A stretch of 64,000 nucleotides of DNA. Source: Neophaeotheca triangularis. Taxonomy: Eukaryota. The notes beneath the pieces were generated by a model, which saw nothing but the letters and a program-made list of their open reading frames with translations, did not search any database and was not told the DNA's origin. The position numbers were made by a program, and so were the translations under genes. Shown piece after piece: positions 1 to 12,217 of the stretch. The stretch spans positions 1 through 64,000 of the forward strand of contig BAAIJX010000020.1 in NCBI GenBank assembly GCA_054600435.1, given 5' to 3'. Positions within the stretch are counted from its first letter, which is position 1. Every line of letters begins with the position of its first letter.

Positions 1-101
1 ATATTTAAACAACACAAACCTGGTTCTTAAAAAAAAAAAAACAACCAAAAAAAAAAAAAAAAAAATTTTTAAACTTTTGCCCCCCCCCCCCCCCCCCCCC
101 C
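1..101. repeat. Homopolymer runs (poly-A, poly-C); low complexity, possibly contig-edge artefact
   Basis: A-runs at about 29-65 and a C-run of about 20 nt ending at 101. Confidence 0.6.
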
Positions 102-422
102 AATCGGGTATATGGTAGAAGTAGAGGTAGGTACTGTACTAGTACTTAGGGCCAACACAGTGACACCCTACCACCCTACCATCCTATCCTACTCGTGAGT
201 CGTACCTCCTAATAACCTTGGAAGTCAGCTCTTCAGCTCACGTCGTACATGTTGTTATGGGCCGGTGCTACTAACCTTACGCTTCTCACTCTTTCCTACC
301 AGACCTTGTCACCTTACCACGCTGCAGTCTATCAACCACTTTCCTTTTCTTTCGCTTCCACTCGTCTTTCATTTGCTTCATCTCATCGCCTTCCCTTGCC
401 GCCCCCTCGAAGCTATCTCACA

Positions 423-1555
423 ATGCGGATCCCGCAGACTTCAATGCAACGCCTCAAGGTGGGCCTCCACTTCTTCCAAGGTCTCCTTGCCGCAATTGGA
501 GCATGTATGTCCCTCGCCGTGCTGGTCATGGAAGGGTCAAGCGACGGCCGAATCGGTCTATACTTTGCAATGGTAAGCCATCTATCCACCCGCTATTAGC
601 ATCGACTACAGCCAAACCAACCGACTTCCCTCAACAGTGCCTCCTCACCATTCCCGCCCTCATCTACCTCACAATGGTCCCGCTCTGGACCCGCGCCCGC
701 TTCTTCCAAAACGCCTACATCTACGCTTTAATCGACATCTCCTACGCTATCCTCTGGCTCGCGTCCTTCGCAGCCGTCGCAGCCTGGAACGCCAATGGCC
801 TCTCAAAAGGCAGCAAGAGCTCTGCCGACAATGATGACAACGACAAGGAAAAGCGTCAAGAGGATGGCGACGAGGCTGCCAGCGACGACAACGACTCGGA
901 GACCTCCGGCTGCGACGCCTTCGCTTTCGGCAGCGCAACAAAATGCCAAGTCAGCAAAGCCATGATCGGCTTCGGCGTGCTCCTCTGGCTCCTCTTCTGC
1001 CTGACCTCCTACCTCGCAATCCGGGGCATAATCCGGTACCGCGAAACCGGCGAGCTCCCTGGCTCCAAACGCGGCGTCCACCGACCCCGTCAACACCAAG
1101 AAGCACGCCAGACATCCCTCTCCTCCCACGCCGGCGACTCTGACGACGAAGCCGGCCCAGCAAGCAAAGAACACGACGCCTGGAGCACGCACACCGGCGA
1201 TATCGAACCCCCCGCTCCTCAGAACCCTTACGACTCCCTCCGATCTCACGACAGCGATCGCCTCCCCTTCCCAAGCGCTCAAACGCCCTCGCCTCCGCCT
1301 CCGCGTGTTCCTTCAAGAGCGAACGGGGCCAATAATCTTCTCCACCAGCAAAGCACAGAGTACAACCCTCACCCCGGGCGCCAGCTGAGCTATACCGGTA
1401 GTGAGAACAGCGGACCCCGTCCCTCGCAGAGGGTGCCCACGCCCAGCTACGATCCCGGTGTGCCCAGCGCTCTGAGTCCGGGTGTCTATGACCCGCGGGA
1501 TGCAATGGGCAGAGTGAGCTTCCCTCAGGGGCTGTATGGTTCTGAGTTTAGGTGA
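423..1555 (+). CDS. MARVEL-domain membrane protein (2 exons: 423-572, 638-1555)
   Basis: ATG 423; intron GTAAGC 573..CAG 637 joins two ORFs in frame; four hydrophobic helices with spacing typical of fungal MARVEL proteins (LHFFQGLL..., CLLTIPALIYL, IDISYAILWLASFAAVAAW, C..SKAMIGFGVLLWLLF); disordered Pro/Ser-rich tail. Confidence 0.75.
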
Positions 1556-2185
1556 TGATGTCGAAGGGATAAGACGACTATACGGTCTGACTGATTTTGA
1601 CTGGTTGTATTTATGACGTAGCCTTTTTGCTCGGAGTTGGTATGGTTGCTTTCGGAGGAATTGGGGAAATGGCGACAGGTATATACAGTACTGCATCACG
1701 TAGCATAGCATAGCGTAGCGAGATGGCCTATTGTATTTTTTAATTGTCTTTATTCTGTGTCAATCTCGCAATGGCCGAGCTGAAAGCAGACGCATGGCAG
1801 TGATTACAAGAGTCCTTCCATGACCATCCTGTCCCAACCTTCGATCGATTTCCTTAAAAGACTCTTTGATGCGGCTTCCTCAGTCTGATTGCGGTGCTCA
1901 GTGAGTGAGAGCTGGATCAAGCAGTCGACGTCGCTCTCACTATAACGCTTTGCTCCCCCAATCCACCGAGGCTGGCATGGAGCACCGCTTGGGCGCTAGT
2001 CACGCCTAGACGCAGCTCATGACACGGGCGTGCAGCATCCATCTGGCTGTCAAAATCGTACCAAAATAGCAAGCCGGGTCGAGACGCAAGCCTGACCTAG
2101 AAGAGCACCCCACCGCGACCCCTTCAAGACCCTCGGAACCCCCAGGTACTCCTTCACAACAACCGCAACCACCACGCCTCCACCA

Positions 2186-2683
2186 TCACCGCCCCTCCCC
2201 AAAAAGCCCCTGGACAAAAGATTCCAACCCGCCCTCAAAAAGCTCATTCCCGACGCCCTTGCCCGCCAGCCTCCCCGCCTCCTCCTCCCAAGGCACAAGC
2301 GGACTCTTGACAACAAACTCGACAAACAAGCTGGCCCAAATCTGATACAAGACGGTGCGCATACTCCCGACCGCCACCGACGTCAACATGACAAACTTCA
2401 GCTGCGTCGGCGTTTCAAAGTAGTGCAGTTTGTACTCGGCGGTGCGGTAGGAGAGGAAGCTGTCGCCGGCGCCGCCGAGCTGGCTGCAGATCCTGCGTAG
2501 CGAGAAGATGGTTCCGAAGATTAGTTTTGCGTCGTCTGAGTCGGAGAGTTGGGGTTTTTTCGCGGTGGCCGGGTTGTGAGGTTTGGCGGCCGTGTTGTTG
2601 GGGTTTTGTGGGGGCGGTTGGAAGCGTTTGCTGTAGATGCAGTTGGTGTGGCGGTCGAAGATGTAGAAGGAGTAGCAGGACAT
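2186..2683 (-). CDS. BET5: TRAPP complex subunit Bet5/TRAPPC1 (sybindin-like)
   Basis: ATG at 2683; YSFYIFDRHTNCIY, DDAKLIFGTIFSLR and YRTAEYKLHYFETPTQLKFVMLT are Bet5 motifs; 165 aa, no intron. Confidence 0.92.
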   Translation of the reverse strand: MSCYSFYIFDRHTNCIYSKRFQPPPQNPNNTAAKPHNPATAKKPQLSDSDDAKLIFGTIFSLRRICSQLGGAGDSFLSYRTAEYKLHYFETPTQLKFVMLTSVAVGSMRTVLYQIWASLFVEFVVKSPLVPWEEEAGRLAGKGVGNELFEGGLESFVQGLFGEGR

Positions 2684-3614
2684 TTTTAGTTTTGTTTTTT
2701 TGGTGAGGGGGGAGGGGGCACGGTGGCGTTGGAGTGGTGATTGGAGAGGATGGAGTGTATTGCTGGTGTCGTGGTGCCCGAGTCGTGATATCGTTCCTCG
2801 GCGAGATCTAAGTAGGGCGATCTCGGAAGCACCTGTCGCGTACTGAGGATTGGACCAGTCAGGTGAGCGTGTAGATGCCTTACGGTACTGTCGCTCGACC
2901 GCTCTGCTTTGGTGTTTAACTGGGTATTCAGGGTTCGGAGTGCAGATATCGTGGCGTTTGAAGTGGTCTTGATGTCTCAAGTGTACCTCGGGTCGTCTGT
3001 TTCGGTTCCAGCTCAACGGTATCAAGGATTGCTCCCCGGTATGTCGACCAATAATTCGAACTGCCTGTTATGCTATGTGATGAACAAACTGTCACTGTAG
3101 TCACAACTGTAGATGTTCTGCCGTCCTTTGGAGGTGCGAGTATATGTGTAGCCTACCTATATTGGAGCTCTTCGACCATGCCATTGGCTCACGCCGAGAT
3201 GAGGTCCAATACCAAGCCTCCGCTACCCCTGCTCCGGGCCGCTCTACCTACAGACCCTTGCCTTTCCCCACTTCACACGTGCGAATGAGATGACGGGGAA
3301 AGTGAATTGAGACGACAACTGCCCCTCGACACGGCCTGCCACCTGAGATTGATTGCTCTTTTTGGCGCAATTAGAACGACTCCTTCGTTATGCATCACTC
3401 TTCACGGTCAATCTCTGGAAATACCGCATAAGTGACGGCCTTATATATTCGAACTTCTCATGAAAGTTGATCTTTCGCATCATCTCTCCTCAAATCCGAC
3501 ATTCCCCGCGCTGCTCTGCCTGTCCCCTCGCCAAAAGATTCGTCTCAGCCTTATCAGCACGTCCACGGTCTAGACTAGACTACGACAAGACCGACCAAAA
3601 ACTTTCAAACAACC

Positions 3615-6250
3615 ATGGCCGATGCGTCAGAGCAACAGCCACAACCTCACGCGTCGCACCCTGCACAGCCAGATGAAGCAGCCGAAGAGATACCAGGTCT
3701 AGTCCCGAGTCATGGCATTACCCTCCGACTACCGCCAACAGCTCAGCAGACGGACGTCAGGCCGCCAGCTGTCAGGCAAACGTAAAGCACTCCTTACTTA
3801 CCCCGTCCAAAATCAATACTGATGTTTGCTAGCTCGCTGCCTACCTACCACTCTCCGATCAGACATCACCGACGGGCTCCCTCGAGGACCAAAGGCGTGA
3901 AAGAGACGCTCAATGCGCGCTCCAACTACGGCAGCTCGGAAGACGATGGAGCTTCGGTGAGACGCATCAACCAGTATGTGATCAAGCAAGAGATTGGAAG
4001 AGGCAGTTTTGGAGCAGTCCACTTGGCAACGGATCAGCAAGGGAATGAGTTTGTATGTCTTGCTCATCCACGACCCGCCTGCTGGGTGGAGTCAGCTAAT
4101 ACCATATCATCTAGGCCGTCAAAGAGTTTTCCAAATCGCGATTACGCCGAAGAGCCCAGTCTAATCTTCTGCGACGTCCGAATGCGGCGGCCCGTCGACC
4201 AGGGGGCCATCTGGCGGCCGGCCTTGGTTTCAACAGCCCTCTGCATCGCTCCGCATCACCTTCAAAAGGGGACCTTTCAGATCCTCGCGAGTCCCTCGCT
4301 CTGATTCGAGAAGAAATTGCGATTATGAAGAAGCTCAGTCATAACAACCTCGTATCGCTGATCGAGGTGCTCGACGACCCACAGGAAGATTCGCTTTACA
4401 TGGTACTGGAAATGTGCAAGAAGGGGGTAGTTATGAAGGTTGGAATCGAGCACGAACGTGCTGAGCCATACGAGGAGGAAGCTTGTCGATGTTGGTTCAG
4501 GGACATGATACTGGGGATCGAGTACCTGCACGCTCAAGGCATCATACACCGCGACATTAAGCCGGACAACTGCTTGATAACAGGGGACGACGTTCTGAAG
4601 ATTGTGGATTTTGGTGTGAGCGAAATGTTTGAGAAGGAATCGGACATGGCGACGGCCAAGTCTGCAGGAAGTCCGGCTTTCATGCCGCCAGAGCTATGTG
4701 TGGCTAAACATGGGCATGTCAGTGGCAAGGCGGCGGACTGTTGGTCTATGGGCGTAACACTGTACTGTCTCAAGTATGGTCGCATACCATTTGAAAAGAC
4801 AGGGATGTTGGAAATGTACGAGGCTATTCGAAACGACGACGTCCCTTTTGAGACAGAGACCAACGGCGATTTCGAGGATTTGATACGCAGGATACTCGAC
4901 AAGGACCCAGCTACTCGCATTACCATCGATGGAATGCGCGAACATCCTTGGGTGACAAAGCGTGGTCAGGATCCTCTGCTGAGTTCGGCTGAAAATTGTG
5001 CCGATATCATCGAGCCTCCCAGCCAAGATGAAATGGACAACGCCATTACAGGGAATATGGCACATATATTGGTGGTTATGAAAGCGGTCAAACGGTTCAA
5101 GAAGCTCTTGACCTCTAAACGCCCTCAACTCATGGAAGCACATTTCGGGCGAGACCGTCGAATCGTGAACCCGCCAGACGATCTGAGAGATCTCAAGCCC
5201 AACCACCAAGTCCGGCAGTCTCGCAGTACAGACGCTGATGACCGCAGACCTATCGACCGAGTCTTGGTAACGGAAGGCGTGCATCGCGACTACCCCTTAT
5301 CGGACAACCTGGAGAAAGAGCCCCCAGGCCTGAACGCCCTCGCAACCCTCTCCTCGCGCCCAGCCGATGACAGCGACTCAGACGAGAAACAGCGTGGTCC
5401 CAGTCTCGCAGAAGACGGCCTACAAATGAAGCAAATGCCCGGCGAATCCGACGCACGCTTCATGCAACGCATCGAAACCATGAAGCACAAGCCCTTCCCC
5501 TCAGCGCCCTCACCTTCCGACACCGACGACGTGCAAGAGCAAGCAGCGGCCATCGTCCGCCGCCGCGAAGCCTACGCCAAGGGCCACGCCCACGACATCC
5601 TCTCCGACACCCTCTTCCTCGACATCGGCCCGGACCCGGGACACGCGGGCCCCGAGCCCGACTCCACCGATACCCCCATCATCTCCGAGTCGCCCTCGGC
5701 TGTCGACGAAAACGTATACGAACAAGCGTACCAGGAGGAAATGCGCCGCATACTCGAAGAGCGCGGTAGGTCCGCGACGCTGTACATAAACCGCCGGGTC
5801 GAGCATCGCGAGGACATCAAGAGGCATGCGAACGTTGTGATTAATAAGAGTAGGGATTTTCGCGATCGCGGGGTCGCTTTTGGTAAGGCTGGGGGTGAGA
5901 AGGCGGGCAGGGCCAAGGATAAGATTGGGGATTTGGTTCGGAGGGCTCGGGAGAAGGCGGGGAGGGATGTTGATGCTGATGAGGCTGAGATGGAACAGGG
6001 GGAGATTTCTGGGAAGAAAGAGGAGGGTGCGGGGATTGAGGCGACAGATGCTGCGAGGCATGGAGAAAGTCAAGGCGAGAAAGAGGATGTGGCTGCAAAG
6101 GCTGCTATGGATGCTGTTGAGCAAGAGGGAGAAGTTGAGGGAAGGAAGTCTACGCAGGTTTTGAAAGGGGAGAAGTCGGCGAAGTTGATGGAGAAGTTGC
6201 CTGGGAGGCCGAAGATGCCTGGGGGTTGGTTGAACGAGTCGGTGAAGTGA
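3615..6250 (+). CDS. Ca2+/calmodulin-dependent protein kinase kinase (CaMKK, CmkC/Ssp1-like); exons 3615-3781, 3833-4052, 4115-6250
   Basis: Phase-compatible GT-AG introns; INQYVIKQEIGRGSFGAVH, AVKEFSKSRLRRR, HRDIKPDN, DFG, GSPAFMPPE; VMKAVKRFKKLL CaM-binding-like segment. Confidence 0.9.
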
Positions 6251-6317
6251 TGGGGAACTTGAAGGTGGTGGTATTGTATTCTTTTTTGGGCAGGAGACTC
6301 GAGATGAGGGTTATTGG

Positions 6318-6420
6318 TCGACGGTGGGCGGATCAATAGGACTGTCGGTTAAGACTGGGAGACACAGTGAGGGCCATTGCTCGACGGTGGGCGGATCAAT
6401 AGGACTGTCGGTTAAGACTG
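6318..6420 (+). repeat. Exact 40-bp direct repeat, two copies (6318-6357, 6381-6420; period 63)
   Basis: TCGACGGTGGGCGGATCAATAGGACTGTCGGTTAAGACTG occurs twice. Confidence 0.95.
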
Positions 6421-6479
6421 CTGCGCTGGTCGCTTGCGGTCGACTGGGTTGGGATGATTCCTTAGCGTGGGCGTTTGGG

Positions 6480-6526
6480 ACGGCCTCTGTCTACGGCCTT
6501 TGTCTACGGCCTTTGTCTACGGCCTT
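6480..6526 (+). repeat. 13-bp minisatellite, about 3.6 copies
   Basis: ACGGCCT(C/T)TGTCT tandem units. Confidence 0.9.
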
Positions 6527-7567
6527 GAGGTTGAAGGAGCCATGCGGTATCGAATCGTTACATACCGTAGAATGCTCATAGCTGGTCAGAGATTTGAGCC
6601 TTTCGATTGTCTGTGTCAGCTAAAATGCCGTAAAATCTCTTGGATAAGACCGCCTTTGTCATGAAGTACCTCGTTTATAAGGGCCAGTCTTGGCACGGCC
6701 TGATTGGTTCAGAGGTAGTGTCTGGATATAAGATCCTTTAGCGGTATTATCTTTGGTTTTAGGAATGCCTCAGGCATGCGTTTCCCCGTCTCAGCCAAGG
6801 CCGGACAGATTCAGTTTCGGTCGCACAGCTCAGTGGATAGTTCTCTCCTATTCAACAACCGATCCCACGCCCATAGAACCGCATATTAGTTGAGCTGATA
6901 TCACGTGATTGCGGATGTCCCGCCGGGACACTCCTCCACATCCCAATACTAGCGCTAGATCAGACTGGTCAATCACAGCTCACAAACTTATCGATAAGAT
7001 CTTTGGCAATTGACTGCATCCCGTTTCCTTGGTATGCCAAGAGCAAAGTACCTACATGTAAAAGACCCAGCACCACCACTGAAAATAGTACCAAACAGTT
7101 ATGAAACCAGGTCTTTTCCGAGAGTACATTTGAAAGGCTCAGACCTCTGAACAGCTATGAGGATCTCACAGAAGCAGTTGGTGGCGAGGGTGAGGTCTCC
7201 ATGCGCACGCTGACCCTCGAGCGGTTACACCCCTCCCCGGGATGTGTGCAGAATGCTCCAAGGGACCTCGATGGCCTGGGCCGCTCCGCGAGGTAAGCCC
7301 CACCTAACATTATCGTCCTGATGGATGCGTGTGCTACTATTGTGGCGTTGACAGCTCATGAGAGACTGCATATGGGTGTCCAATGAGGAGGCGACCCCTA
7401 CCTCCAAAGCTGACCCTGCATGATCCTGCGAGCAGCTCAGCCTGATCGAGTCTGACAGAGCTATTTTGCAGCGTGCCCCCGCCGTCTTTCTAAGTGTAGG
7501 CAGCACGTCTTGATCTTTTTACTGTAATCTGACAAGCGAAAGTCGTTAACACGAACGTTTGACAACG

Positions 7568-10500
7568 ATGCCAAAGCCGAAGTTGAAAGAGCGGCTCAAG
7601 GCGTGGAAAAGCTCTCGGGCCGGCTCGCCGCTGCCGCCGCCGTCTCGACACACGGTATCTCCACCAGCACCAACCGCCACAACTACAGCAACGTCGACAC
7701 CAACGGCTTCTGCAACCTCTTTGAGCTCTAAGGCGCCCGGGACGATCTTGTCGGAAGCCCTTGCAAAACTGACTCCTGATGAGCAGCAAGTCGTTCGCCA
7801 GCATGCTGGATCCACCGCCAGCGATGCAGCCAAGGCCGTCGATGAGGTTTACGCGGCCACGAGGCTTCTCCAGCCGCAGGACGCGGATAGGAGCCGACAC
7901 TGGATCTACAACGGCCGCAAGGTATATCTCAAAGACCAGACAGACAAGGTCTTGCGCTTTCTCGACAAGTTCAAAGCCGTCGGCGACGTGATCTCGAGCG
8001 CCGATCCTGTACATGTGGGACTGCCGTGGGTAGGTGTCCGCGTACTGTTACAGGTCGCTTTGTCCGATAGGGAGCAGCAAATGTCAATCTGCACGGGCTT
8101 GGAGCTTGCTCTGCAGGTTAGCAGTCGACTCAAGGTGTATATCGGGTATCACGAAGAGCTGTCTGCCTCGCCGTCGAAAGAGAACTTGCGTGAAGCTCTC
8201 GTGAACCTATATTCTCACATCTTACGCTTTTTGGCAAACGCCATTGGTGTCTACGCGAAAGGCTCAGCTGCCCGGGCTGTCCACGCTCTCTGGAGCGCGG
8301 ACAATGTAGCCACGTTCGAAGAGCAATGCGACAAGCTCTGTATCAGGGCCGAAACGGAGGCGAGCAACTGCGACAGGGACAAGATGAACGAGCTTTCTGC
8401 CAAGATAGAGCCACTGAAGGATATTCACAGCATTCAAAGTTCCATTGCGATAATGCAAGACAAACTCGACCTGTCGAACCTCGTGATAGCCCACGAGGCA
8501 ACGCATGACTCTTTTGACGAAGGAGAGCTCCCCCGATGTCTTCCTGGCACTCGGACTGATCTTCTCGACACTGTTACCAATTGGGCGTCCGATCCGAACA
8601 GCAAGAAGATCTTCTGGCTATGTGGCAAGGCCGGAACCGGGAAGTCCACGATATCCCGCACTGTAGCCGAGAACCTCAAACAGGCAGGACTACTTGGAGC
8701 GAGCTTCTTCTTCAAGAAAGGCCATGAAACTCGAAGCAATGCCAAACTCCTTTTCCCTACACTTGCGGATCAGCTCGTGAGAGTCGTGCCAGGCATCCGT
8801 CAGAGCCTCGTCATCGCTCTCGACAAGGAGCCCAACTTGTGCCATCAACACTTGAAAGCCCAATTCGATGGGTTGCTGGGAGGGCCGTTTCAAAATCTCA
8901 AGACTCATGGCATGACGTCTAAGGCTATTGTGGTGGTCATCGATGCCCTTGATGAATGTGCAGGCTCCGAGAGTATCAGAACAGTGTTGAGACTTCTCTC
9001 ACAGATCGGCATCGTGACTTCAATCCGCCTACTCATCTTCGTGACCAGTCGACCGGAGGTTGATGTGGAGTCAGGGTTCAGCACTTTCTCCAGAGGGCTT
9101 CTCGAGGATGTTCGACTAGAAAATGTTCAAGCCAGCTCGATTCGGCGCGATATTCAAATCTTTTACCAAAGCAAGTTCGCCGATGTAAGGCAGAGCAACC
9201 CAAGGCTGCCGTCAGACTGGCCCAGTAAGGATACTGTCAACTCCCTTGTCAAGCTCACGGAACCGCTTTTCATCTTTGCAGCGACTGTGGTTCGGTACAT
9301 CTCTGAAAGATATCCACGCCAGCGTCTCGAGCTCATGATGAAAGAGGGCTCCAGCACAACTATCACTGGCATCGAATCTACATATCGGCCCATCCTCGAT
9401 CAATCCCTTGGGCTTGACAAAGATCGAACCAAAAAACGAGACAACGACATCATCGCGGAGTTCCAGACCGTAGTTGGTCCCATTGTCCTGCTGTTCAACC
9501 CTCTCACCGTCGCAGCGCTTGAAATCCTGCTCGCAATATGTATTGAAAATATTGAGACTGTCCTGAAGCAATTACATTCTGTCTTGATGGTTCCAAAGAA
9601 ACCTGACGGCCTGCTCGACGAGACAAAGGAGATCAGGTTGTTTCATCTCTCCTTCCGCGACTACCTTCTAGGTTGCAAGCCCGAAGATGGGAACCAATTC
9701 TGGATTGACGAAACCAAGATTCACAGCCGTCTGGCTGAAAGGTGCATTGACCTGCTTAACTCCGGTGCTCTGAAAGAAGATGTCTGCGACCTTGGCGCGC
9801 CAGGGACGGCAAGATTGGATGTCCCCATGTCCCGCATCGAAGAGCGCCTGCCCGCTGCTGTCGCGTACGCTTGTCGATACTGGGTACACCATGTGATTGC
9901 GGGCGAGGACGCTATGACCGGTGACCAGGGTCCAGTTCACCAGTTCTTACTAAAACACTTTCTTCATTGGACTGAGGCCATGAGTTGGCTCGGGAAAGCA
10001 GCTGATGTCATCCGGCAGTTGGCAGCACTGAAATCGCGAATCAAAGTGGGTAGCTCCGCACAAAGTCGAATGGAAACAAAGGCAGAGAAGTCACCCGGCT
10101 TGGTTGACTTGATTGAAGATCTCAGCCGCTTCATCCTGATGAACAGACCCGTCATCGACGAAGCACCCCTTCAGACGTACCTGGCCTTGATTTTTACGCC
10201 GTCTCAAAGCTTGACTAGGCAGCTCTTCCGTAGCACATTGGAGCAGACGTTTGAGAAGAAGTTGAAGGTTCCAGAGTACTGGAGCAATGAGCGCCTCCGC
10301 TTGCATCTCCGAGGAGTTGTCACCTCGATGGACTTCTCCGCAGATGGAAGTATTTTGGTAACTGGTTCTCGCGATGGAGCGGTGCGGCTTTGGTCAACGG
10401 AAACTGGCCAGGAGATTCTGAACCTCACAAAGGGCCGGGACTTGATCGGCGTCAGGGCTGTAGTAATCTCTGCTGACGGCAAGAAAGTCGTTTCATACCA

Positions 10501-12217
10501 CGCACGCGTTTTCGCCGATCCTTTTCAGGAATTGGTTCTTTGGTTCACGGATACGGGCGAGAAAGACGTTCTGCACAGCCCGGGTAGCTTTTATTCTGAT
10601 ATGACGAGCATAGCCATATCTGGCGACAGTAAGACAATCGCTTCATGTTGGATTGACGGACCAAGACACAAGGGTGTCAAGTCTCGTGAGATTTTTGTTG
10701 ACAGCGGAGAGGTCCACCATCGTTTCAGCTTGGTTTTGGCGGAGAACAACCCTTCCAAAATACTAGCACTCTCTCACGACGGCACCGTGCTTGCTGTGAT
10801 GGGCCCGCCCATAGGGTCGTTGTTACTGTTTAACACCGCGTTCCCGAGCCTAGAACCCACATTGGAGATTCAATTGCCTGGCGAGCACGAGTGGAAGATT
10901 TTCTTCGGCCGAGAAGGCAACACGCTTATAGCACTATTCCAGAACGGCGACTTGAGATACTGGGACGTAAATTCTGGCAGAGAGCTCAGCGTGGATGAAT
11001 CTGCCGTGGAGATGAGGCATCTCAAGCTGTTGGCCCAGGAATTAGTCGCATTCTCTTGGGAAGACAGATTTGGGGTTGTGGCAATATGCCCAAAGAGCTG
11101 CACTCTCGCACGTAAATCAGAGTACATGGTGGGTCTCTACGACGTCAGTTCAGGCTTCACAATCCCACTTCCGAAGGGACAAGATACGAACCCCAGGTCT
11201 CATATGAAGGATCGTATCCTCGACGTGGCTTACTCGCCGGACGGTACGTTCGTCGCTTCGGTAGGGACGAATTCACAAGTGGCCTTCTGGAACACATCCT
11301 CAGGTACACTAAGTCATGCCTTCGAAATTTTGACAGGTGCGGTTGTACCTTATCCTGACCTCAACGTATTGGCGCCTATCTTGGGCGAGGAGGTACGATC
11401 ACGGAACATGCGCCTACTCGAAAATGGCACCGCTGGTGAGCTTGACCAGATGCATCCGTCCCATGCTCGAGAAGTTGCGTTTTCCTGCGACGGTAATAGG
11501 ATCGCGATCATTGCTTCCTTTGTTGTTTGCAAGCGTTCCGCGAGAATTCGAACTGATTACTATTTACTTGTCTGGATCACAGCAACAGGCGAGCTGCACT
11601 CTGTGTCCCAGTTGCCTAATTGTTCGATATGTCTTTCTTTCCACCCGCACGGCCGCATCTTGGCAATTGGGGGCGCAAATGGAAGAGTCGATACAGTGAG
11701 CGTTGATGATGGACGTACTCTCAATACAGTGGGGCAATGTTCTGATGAAGAAGATCCAGGTGGTAAAGGTGCACTCTCTGTGGCGTTCTCCCCTAACGGT
11801 GATCTACTTGCGAGCTTTCTTGTTGATTCTGGCGTTACGGTTTGGGGAACATCCGACTACTCTGTGGTTTTCTGCCAAGGTACGGTTGGGCGATTGGGTG
11901 ACTTGATGTCAGTTCGCGAGAAATTCTTGCGTTTCTCTGGAGACAGCACCGTCGTCGCTTCACACGAAGGTCGTTTTCGCGTCGATACAGAAGTGCCTGA
12001 AAGTCAAGCGTCAGAGGAAGGTCTTCCACTCGCTGTGGTGAACCAGTTCTGGATCGTACTGAGAGGCGAGAGGTTTCTCTTCCTGCCGGAGGAGTATCGG
12101 GGTAGTTTTTTCGACGCAAGAGGGTCCTCTCTTGCCATTGGTCGTCAAGACGAGAAGGAATTGTCACTCTTCGACTTTGCCAAATGGGCGAAGTTAGAGA
12201 GCACGGACAGCCCTTGA
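7568..12217 (+). CDS. Fungal NLR, HET-E-like NACHT-WD40 (NWD) protein with N-terminal helical (NACHT_N/Goodbye-like) domain
   Basis: Intronless ORF of about 1549 aa; CLPGTRTDLL, FWLCGKAGTGKSTISRTVA (Walker A), LGASFFF, VVVIDALDEC (Walker B), FVTSRPE, FHLSFRDYL, YACRYWVHH, HFLHWTEAMSWLG; degenerate WD40 repeats (FSADGSILVTGSRDGAVRLW, YSPDGTFVASVG, FSPNGDLLAS). Confidence 0.9.
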   Translation: MPKPKLKERLKAWKSSRAGSPLPPPSRHTVSPPAPTATTTATSTPTASATSLSSKAPGTILSEALAKLTPDEQQVVRQHAGSTASDAAKAVDEVYAATRLLQPQDADRSRHWIYNGRKVYLKDQTDKVLRFLDKFKAVGDVISSADPVHVGLPWVGVRVLLQVALSDREQQMSICTGLELALQVSSRLKVYIGYHEELSASPSKENLREALVNLYSHILRFLANAIGVYAKGSAARAVHALWSADNVATFEEQCDKLCIRAETEASNCDRDKMNELSAKIEPLKDIHSIQSSIAIMQDKLDLSNLVIAHEATHDSFDEGELPRCLPGTRTDLLDTVTNWASDPNSKKIFWLCGKAGTGKSTISRTVAENLKQAGLLGASFFFKKGHETRSNAKLLFPTLADQLVRVVPGIRQSLVIALDKEPNLCHQHLKAQFDGLLGGPFQNLKTHGMTSKAIVVVIDALDECAGSESIRTVLRLLSQIGIVTSIRLLIFVTSRPEVDVESGFSTFSRGLLEDVRLENVQASSIRRDIQIFYQSKFADVRQSNPRLPSDWPSKDTVNSLVKLTEPLFIFAATVVRYISERYPRQRLELMMKEGSSTTITGIESTYRPILDQSLGLDKDRTKKRDNDIIAEFQTVVGPIVLLFNPLTVAALEILLAICIENIETVLKQLHSVLMVPKKPDGLLDETKEIRLFHLSFRDYLLGCKPEDGNQFWIDETKIHSRLAERCIDLLNSGALKEDVCDLGAPGTARLDVPMSRIEERLPAAVAYACRYWVHHVIAGEDAMTGDQGPVHQFLLKHFLHWTEAMSWLGKAADVIRQLAALKSRIKVGSSAQSRMETKAEKSPGLVDLIEDLSRFILMNRPVIDEAPLQTYLALIFTPSQSLTRQLFRSTLEQTFEKKLKVPEYWSNERLRLHLRGVVTSMDFSADGSILVTGSRDGAVRLWSTETGQEILNLTKGRDLIGVRAVVISADGKKVVSYHARVFADPFQELVLWFTDTGEKDVLHSPGSFYSDMTSIAISGDSKTIASCWIDGPRHKGVKSREIFVDSGEVHHRFSLVLAENNPSKILALSHDGTVLAVMGPPIGSLLLFNTAFPSLEPTLEIQLPGEHEWKIFFGREGNTLIALFQNGDLRYWDVNSGRELSVDESAVEMRHLKLLAQELVAFSWEDRFGVVAICPKSCTLARKSEYMVGLYDVSSGFTIPLPKGQDTNPRSHMKDRILDVAYSPDGTFVASVGTNSQVAFWNTSSGTLSHAFEILTGAVVPYPDLNVLAPILGEEVRSRNMRLLENGTAGELDQMHPSHAREVAFSCDGNRIAIIASFVVCKRSARIRTDYYLLVWITATGELHSVSQLPNCSICLSFHPHGRILAIGGANGRVDTVSVDDGRTLNTVGQCSDEEDPGGKGALSVAFSPNGDLLASFLVDSGVTVWGTSDYSVVFCQGTVGRLGDLMSVREKFLRFSGDSTVVASHEGRFRVDTEVPESQASEEGLPLAVVNQFWIVLRGERFLFLPEEYRGSFFDARGSSLAIGRQDEKELSLFDFAKWAKLESTDSP

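Noticed and set aside
1..101. Possible telomere or retroelement poly-A tail
   Set aside because: No TTAGGG repeats; context truncated at the window edge; homopolymers may be low-quality sequence
2684..3025. N-terminal ORF-track extensions (BET5; likewise HEM1, BDP1, THO2)
   Set aside because: They start at non-ATG codons; the conserved proteins begin at downstream ATGs
6318..6420. Repeat-spacer-repeat pattern resembling CRISPR
   Set aside because: Only two copies, similarity extends into the spacer, eukaryotic context, no cas genes
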